Shown one piece after another: positions 63,400 through 64,000 of a DNA stretch of 64,000 bases (position 1 is the first letter of the stretch; each line of letters begins with the position of its first letter). The stretch comes from Larus michahellis (Eukaryota). The position numbers and the translations under genes are program-made. Location: assembly GCF_964199755.1 (NCBI RefSeq), contig NC_133896.1, positions 203,207,471-203,271,470 of the forward strand. Reading direction: 5' to 3'. The notes beneath the pieces are model-generated. The model was not told the DNA's origin. It did not search any database and was given only the letters and a program-made list of their open reading frames with translations.

Positions 63400-64000
63400 A
63401 TGCCCCGCTCAAAGCGGGGCCAACTAGATCAGGCTGCTCAGAAACCTGCCCAGTCAAGTGTATCTATTCAGATTTCCCCGTGTTCCAGCTTGTGCCCACT
63501 GCCTCTCTCATCCGTTCACTGTGCACCTCTGAGAAGGATCTGACTCTGTCCTCTCTACATCCTCCCATTAAGTAGATATAGATACCACTATGATCACCCC
63601 TGATTCTTCTCTTCTTTTGGCAGAGCAAACCCAGCTGTCTCAGGCTCTTGTGCTCCAGCTCCCTAAACTGTTTTCATAACCCTCCACTTCAGTACGCCCA
63701 TGTCTCTTCTGTCCTGGGGAGCCCACAACTCTGACACAGCACTCTGGGTGTATCTCAGCAGTGCTGAGAAGAGGACGAACCATCTCCCTCGATCTGCTGG
63801 CTATACTCTCAGATGCTGCTATCCGCCTTTGCTGCAAGAACTGCTGACTCATGTCCACATCTGTGGGGACTCACGGCTCCCTTCCTGCAAATCTGCTTGC
63901 TAGCCAGCTGGCCTCTCACCTGTGTCTGGTGGTACAGGGCTATGCCATTTCAGACACAGGGCTTCAGTCAGCTGCAGAGCTACTGTTACACCCTTGTAAC
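63400..64000 (-). mobile_element. CR1 fragment from the 3' region, antisense, running to the window edge.
   Basis: ccagcttgtgcccactgcctctctcatcc…tctgtcctggggagcccacaactctgacacagcactc… is collinear with the ctgtccccgggcaccactg…cggggagcccagaactggacacagtactccag segment of CR1 copy A. Confidence 0.65.

Noticed and set aside
1-64000. The possibility that the window contains a novel prokaryotic or defence-type system, as hinted by the task framing.
   Set aside because: Everything points to vertebrate nuclear DNA: AT-rich with CpG depletion, multi-kb introns with GT/AG boundaries, CR1 LINEs, an LTR retrovirus, and chromodomain/ankyrin/DBHS host genes. There is no operon-like ORF packing, no Shine-Dalgarno spacing and no CRISPR-like repeats.

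Overview
This is AT-rich vertebrate nuclear DNA, most likely avian or another sauropsid, not a prokaryotic locus. Its content is long non-coding stretches, GT/AG-bounded exons, multiple CR1 LINE fragments and one LTR retroelement. I find no support for a prokaryotic or defence-type system.

Two host genes converge on the window. On the + strand lie the last two coding exons of a DBHS-family gene, best matching PSPC1 (…[17 protein letters not shown]… and …[21 protein letters not shown]), plus a short 3'UTR. On the - strand, an 11-exon chain (about 61750 down to 45249) encodes a chromodomain, a large K/E/S-rich low-complexity exon and four ankyrin repeats. That is the MPHOSPH8 (MPP8) architecture. 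The 5' exons of both genes lie outside the window.

The roughly 39-kb intergenic space holds a degenerate, 3'-truncated class-I (gammaretrovirus-like) endogenous retrovirus on the - strand (about 29290-35300). It keeps a 5' LTR, an exact 18-nt tRNA-Pro primer binding site, a gag region broken into several shifted ORF pieces, a UAG read-through from gag into pro, and pro/RT-RNaseH/IN reading frames. Its 3' end abuts a CR1 element that itself carries a nested CR1 insertion.

Other points of interest:
- a tail-to-tail inverted pair of CR1 3' ends;
- CpG-rich islets in the intergenic region, one with a perfect GCGCATGCGC (NRF1-type) palindrome;
- an apparent MPHOSPH8 stop codon that is really part of a GTGAGT splice donor, with coding continuing about 4.6 kb downstream.

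Most other ORFs in the six-frame track are best read as random, antisense or repeat-derived.
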